Source of the DNA: Eledone cirrhosa
Taxonomy: Eukaryota
Assembly (NCBI GenBank): GCA_964016885.1
Contig: OZ024743.1
Location: forward strand, 33,976,001-34,040,000
DNA: 64,000 bases
Reading direction: 5' to 3'
Below are positions 57,367-64,000 of the stretch, one piece after another (the stretch's first letter is position 1; every line of letters starts with the position of its first letter). The notes beneath the pieces were generated by a model. The model worked only from the letters and a program-made list of their open reading frames with translations, did no database searches and was not told where the DNA came from. The translations under genes and the position numbers were made by a program.

Positions 57367-57838
57367 CTTATTTGCCAGAATAATAATTATAAACAACAAA
57401 CCAACTATCTGATTAGTGTTGATAAATAACATTTCATAAAAAAAACAACGCCAAAGCATACAAAGAAACAAAGAAACAGCGGCTAACCCTCCATTAAATC
57501 ACTGTCTTAAAAAATAAAAATAAAAATGTTGACATTTTGACAATATGGTCTCGGATATAAGAAAACGCAATGGTTACGGCTGGAATTCCTTTGATCATAA
57601 GTTTGTTTGATCAGTTCTGGCTTGGAGCTCAACAACAATAACATCAATAACAGCAGCAGCAGCAGTAACAACAACAACAACAACAACAACAACACGTAGT
57701 TTGTTGTATTGTGTGCATGTATATATGTAGTTGATGTTGATTGAGCTGCATAACTCACTGAAATAATAATGAAGCAAGCGAGAAAATATGTAAATATTGA
57801 CGAAGATGATGATTATGTGTGTGTGTGACAGAGAGCGA

Positions 57839-57921
<83 letters not shown>

Positions 57922-57923
57922 CG

Positions 57924-57977
<54 letters not shown>

Positions 57978-59003
57978 GCAGTGTGACTGCTTAACCAATA
58001 GGTCAATTCTGATTGAACAGATTTACGATCAAAGGCATTCCTACCTTGATCATCCAATCTTATCTATCTTATTTACCAGAATGAATTATCTAGTTCTAGG
58101 ATGTTATTATGCAATAAGTCCTGTCCTTTTCAAGGTGGCACTGTGTGGTTTTAGGGAGATTTGGCTACGCTTAAAAGTTTTTGTTCAGTTAACAGTGATA
58201 GTTGTAGATACTTTCAGTTTCTTAGTCAAATGGAAAAGATCCCTGGTTGCTGATGTTATTTCAACCCAGGTCAGCTCTGATCGTGCAAACCTAGGATCAA
58301 AGACTCTTCAATTGTAACTACCCAACCTTTTTCTCTATCGAGCTGACTTTTGATGAAATGCATTCCAACAATGAAATCTTCATTATTTCCCCATCTGCAA
58401 GGAACTCAGGACAACAGTACACGAAATGTCCTTTCCTAAGACGGTAAAGTAGGATTTAAGAAAGATTTCTGTACTATTTATAGCAGGTCGAACTCAGCTT
58501 GTCGTAGTCGGGTGAATTAAATATAAACATTGGAAGCAAACATTGCTGAGCGGTTAAGAAGTTCATTTCGCAATTATGAAGTCCCGGATTCGATCTCAAT
58601 GCGAGGCCATGTTGGACTAGTACATTCACTATAGTCTCGGATCGAACCAAGCCTTGTGAGTGATAGTGGGTAGCCGGAAACTGTGTGGAAATCCGATGAA
58701 TGTATTATACATGTAATTCAAAGGTCCAGCTTGATTCATATATTGTGCCGTGCTGAAAGGGCTAGTGAATTAGGTTGAGGTTACACGTGTCTGTGGAATA
58801 CTCAATCACTTACGTGTTAATTCATGAGCTGGACGTTAAATTGATCGAACAACTGAATGCCCATAATCGAAACCGACGAATGATACAGCATCAACTATGT
58901 GGTAGTAACAGTAGTAGTATTAGTAGTAGTAGAAGCAGTAGCAGCAGCAACAGTAGTAGTACTAGTAGTAGTAGTAGTAGTAGTAGTAGCAGCAGCAGTA
59001 GTA

Positions 59004-59052
<49 letters not shown>

Positions 59053-59895
59053 CAGCAGCAGCAGCAGCATCAGTAGTAGTAGTAGTAGTAGTAGTAGCAG
59101 CAGCATTGGTCGTGGTGGTGGTGGTGGTGGTGGTGATAGTGGTGGGGTGTGTAGGGTGTGTGGTTGGGGTATGAGCCAGACCACATGTCAGACTTTGGCG
59201 GGTTGGGAGTGTGGCCGTGGGGCTGGGAGTGACTTCAGAACATGCTGGGTGGACACACGAAGTCGCAATAAATTCTAAGGCGGAGTTTCAGTATAAACAT
59301 ATTATCGTAAATATTTTTAAATCTGAGAGAACAGCAATGGAAAGTAGGGAAGCAGTGACATCCATTGCCCCTACCCATCTCCATCCTGGGTGATAGGGTC
59401 GGGTATGATGCTGGTTCAGTGGTGGTTATTACTGGAATGTCAGAGATTAAGTGCAGCTCAAGATATCATTTATTTATTTATTTTATTTTTTTACACCTCA
59501 CAAATTTAGAATGTTCTTAAGATGGAATTTTCCAGGTGTGGCGGCGGAGGCGGTGGCGAAGGTGGTTGTGGTGGTGAAAGTGAGTGTAGTAGATTATATT
59601 TCTAGAGAAGGTAAATCAAAGTATAAAAATAAAATATTTCTGGAGAAGGTAAATCAAAGTATAAAAATAAAAGAATAGCCCCCTCCCCGCCAAAAAAAAA
59701 AAAAAAAAAAAAAAAAGCCAGACAGACATACAGACAGACAAAAGAGCGGCACACTTTTTCTTCTCACTGAAAACACCAGCCTCCGTCAATTGTTGGTTGA
59801 AATAGAATTTAGAAAGGAAAAGCTGAAAACAGACAGAACTAGACAGAACTACAGGTAGTCAGACATAGTGAGAGGGAAGATTAATAACACAACAG

Positions 59896-59979
<84 letters not shown>

Positions 59980-60088
59980 AATTTTTTAATTGCATTTGTG
60001 ATAGTATTTTACACGTTTTTATTGTATGTAAACTTCCCCCTTTGTATTTGTCCACTTCTTTTGTGCCATTGTGGTTAATAAAGAAACA

Positions 60089-60139
<51 letters not shown>

Positions 60140-60783
60140 TTATCTATCAACGTATGTGTGTGTGCAGAGAGAGAGATATAGAGAGAGAAAGAAAAAAGAA
60201 AGAAAGAGAGAGAGAGAAAGAGAGAGTGAGTGAGTTAGTGAGTTAGAAAGAGAGAGAGAGAGAAAGAAAGAAAGAAAGAGAGGGAGTGAGTTAGTGAGTT
60301 AGAAAGAGAGGTATATATACACACGTTTTTCTATATGTGTGTGTATCTATGTGTGTGTCTGTGTGTATGTGTGTCTGTGTGTGTATGTATGTGTGTCTGT
60401 GTGTGTATGTATGTGTGTCTGTGTGCAGACAGGCGTGAGATTAGGACAGGGTGGGATGTAATTTTAGCCTCCATCACACAAATCTAGTTCCATACCCAAC
60501 TCTACCATCCCGTCATTGACTCTCTCTCCTCTCTCCCCCTCTCTCTCTCTCTCTCACTCTCTCTCTCGCTCCCCCTCTCTCGCTCTCTCCCCCCTCTCTC
60601 GCTCATCCCCCCACTCTCTCTCTCACTATCACTCTCTCTCTCCCTCTCCTCTAAACCTCACTTATTCCCAAAGGATTAAGGTACATGAAGAGAGGAACAT
60701 TTGCAGGTGTTCTAATGCTGCTTAAATCCATCCACCCTTCGATAGGATTCCACACAGCAGTATCACAACCACCCTTCCCTTTC

Positions 60784-60880
<97 letters not shown>

Positions 60881-60882
<2 letters not shown>

Positions 60883-61067
60883 GAAAAAGTATGACCCCGA
60901 CGGCACTTTCTGAGTCCAGAAATAGCCGTCGAAACGGGTTGAGCTCTGCCGTCGGGTTCATACTTTTTCCTATTTCCCACTCTACTACCCAGATGGATCA
61001 TAACGCACCAGAGTACTCAATACTTAGGGTAGTAGAGTGGGAAATAGGAAAAAGGAAATAGGAAAAA

Positions 61068-61070
<3 letters not shown>
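60881..61070. mobile_element. Doubly inverted PLE-like fragment with hammerhead stems II/III, between (TA)n tracts
   Basis: GACGGC..TTTCTG(AGTC)CAGAAA..GCCGTC-GAAA-CGGG TTGAGCTCT GCCG-TC; inverted repeats at 60881-60905/60947-60971 and 60967-60990/61027-61050. Confidence 0.75.
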
Positions 61071-61115
<45 letters not shown>

Positions 61116-61191
61116 CGAAGGAAATGTGGTAAGGAACCAGGTGGACCATAACGCACAAAAGTACTCAATACTTGAGGTAGTAGAGTGGGTA

Positions 61192-61319
61192 ATAGGAACC
61201 AGTAAGACCCCGACAGCTGAGCTCAAGCCGTTTCGACGGCTAATTCTGGACTAAAAATAGTCCAGAATTAGCCGTCGAAACGGCTTGAGCTCAGCTGTCG
61301 GGGTCTTACTGGTTCCTAT
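61192..61319. repeat. Palindrome (62-bp arms, AAAA loop) centred on a putative hammerhead stem II
   Basis: Loop 61254-61257; GAAA-CGGC(TTGAGCTCA)GCTG-TC-GGGG at 61277-61303; same family as 60881-61070. Confidence 0.92.
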
Positions 61320-61547
61320 ATATATATATATATATATATATAACATGGGAAGAAAGAGGAATACTGCGTGGTTGCACATAGATTACATATTATAAAATTA
61401 GTCCCTCATCAGTGATTTGCCAACCATCATTGGTATTTCATCGCATTAAAAATCAGATACCTCAGGTTGGTGCGAGCAATAACTAAAATAAGCTATTGGG
61501 CCAAGTGAATCGCGTAAAGCGAGTGAGACAAGTAAACAACATAGAAG

Positions 61548-61602
<55 letters not shown>

Positions 61603-61639
61603 AGAGAGAGAAAGTGAGAGAGAGAGAGAGAGAGAAAGT

Positions 61640-61675
<36 letters not shown>

Positions 61676-61866
61676 GATATGTGAAACCCGACCGCGACGC
61701 CAAGCCGTTTCTATATACATATATGTATAAAAGCGTGTGTATGTATAATATATGTATATATTATATATTATATATTTATGTAAAAGGTAAACAGAAATAA
61801 CAACACAATCGGTACAGTATATAGAAGGTATATATTAGGTTAACGCTTGAAATAACAGGAAGAGGG

Positions 61867-61902
61867 TCTTAGCGTTTCGGACGCTAGTCCTTCATCAGAA
61901 GA
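61867..61902 (-). ncRNA. Minimal hammerhead motif
   Basis: TCTT-CTGATGA-A-GGAC(TAGC)GTCC-GAAA-CGCT-AAGA; canonical core, one change from the ACGT palindrome. Confidence 0.7.
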
Positions 61903-62001
61903 AAGAATGAGAAATAAAATAGATTAAGGGGACGGGCGGGATGGAATTGGAAAAAATGTCTTTAGATAAAAATAATAATAATCTCTTATATATAATATAT
62001 A

Positions 62002-62192
62002 TAATTGTTTCTACTTTTGGCACACGGCCGGCAAATACCCAGTGCATTACTGGTACTTTATTTTATCGACCCGGTAAAGATGAAAGGCAAAGTTAAGCTC
62101 GGCGGGATTTGAAGTCAGAATGGCGAGGGCCGTAACTCTATGCATCAAAGCATGACGTCCGACCCTCTACCGATACTGCCAATCCACCGGCC
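62002..62192 (-). mobile_element. SINE (main family), full length
   Basis: Consensus match. Confidence 0.9.
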
Positions 62193-62199
62193 TCATATA

Positions 62200-62254
<55 letters not shown>

Positions 62255-62272
62255 AGATAAACCTACACATGT

Positions 62273-62329
<57 letters not shown>

Positions 62330-62331
62330 AA

Positions 62332-62394
<63 letters not shown>

Positions 62395-62662
62395 TAGTTC
62401 CTCCCTCCGACTGAATCTATCTTTCTCTTTAAACTTCACTCCTTTCACTTCTATATATCACCTCCCCCCATTCTTCACACCGCTCCCCACCCCCTCCCCC
62501 TGTTCTCCACCTGTCCTCGTCTCTCATCAATAGAGAGGTCTGCTAGGTCTGGCTGTTACGATGTAAAAAGGTGATTTGTTGTGACATAATGCTGGGGGAG
62601 TGGAAGGTTATGACTGACAGTCTATTAACGATAGACGCCCCCCCCCCCTTTACTCACATATA

Positions 62663-62737
<75 letters not shown>

Positions 62738-62807
62738 TGTTAAGATATCACCATATATTTAATATGTATATCTCAATAAATAAGCTCAATGGACCTTAGT
62801 TCAGAGC

Positions 62808-63983
<1,176 letters not shown>

Positions 63984-64000
63984 AGTCCAGCGGTCTTCGC

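Noticed and set aside
61340-61416. CTGATGA-GGGAC on the minus strand (also CTGACGA at ~63132 + and CTGAAGA at ~47780 -) as hammerheads
   Set aside because: No convincing stem II closure with GAAA/stem III/NUH; at most truncated relics.

Overview
AT-rich, microsatellite-dense eukaryotic DNA. The SINE and dispersed-repeat families look like those of octopod cephalopods (inference from recognition, not a database search). Nearly every entry in the ORF track is a (TA)n/(CA)n/(GA)n/trinucleotide artefact. One real host coding exon is present and was missed by the ORF track: the terminal exon (C-peptide end, KR site, A chain [20 protein letters not shown]) of a molluscan-type insulin-like peptide at 6522-6736 on the minus strand. 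I could not find its B-chain exon. The rest is intronic or intergenic: more than 20 tRNA-derived SINE copies, dead LINE fragments (Ingi/Vingi-, RTE-, CRE- and CR1-like), hAT and Tc1/mariner MITEs, and a solo LTR. The most striking unexplained signal is a dense set of short insertions in or beside (TA)n tracts. They carry minimal type I hammerhead ribozyme motifs of the Penelope-like-element kind, one family showing compensatory changes in stem I. Many are fold-back palindromes, and in several the inversion point lies in hammerhead stem II.
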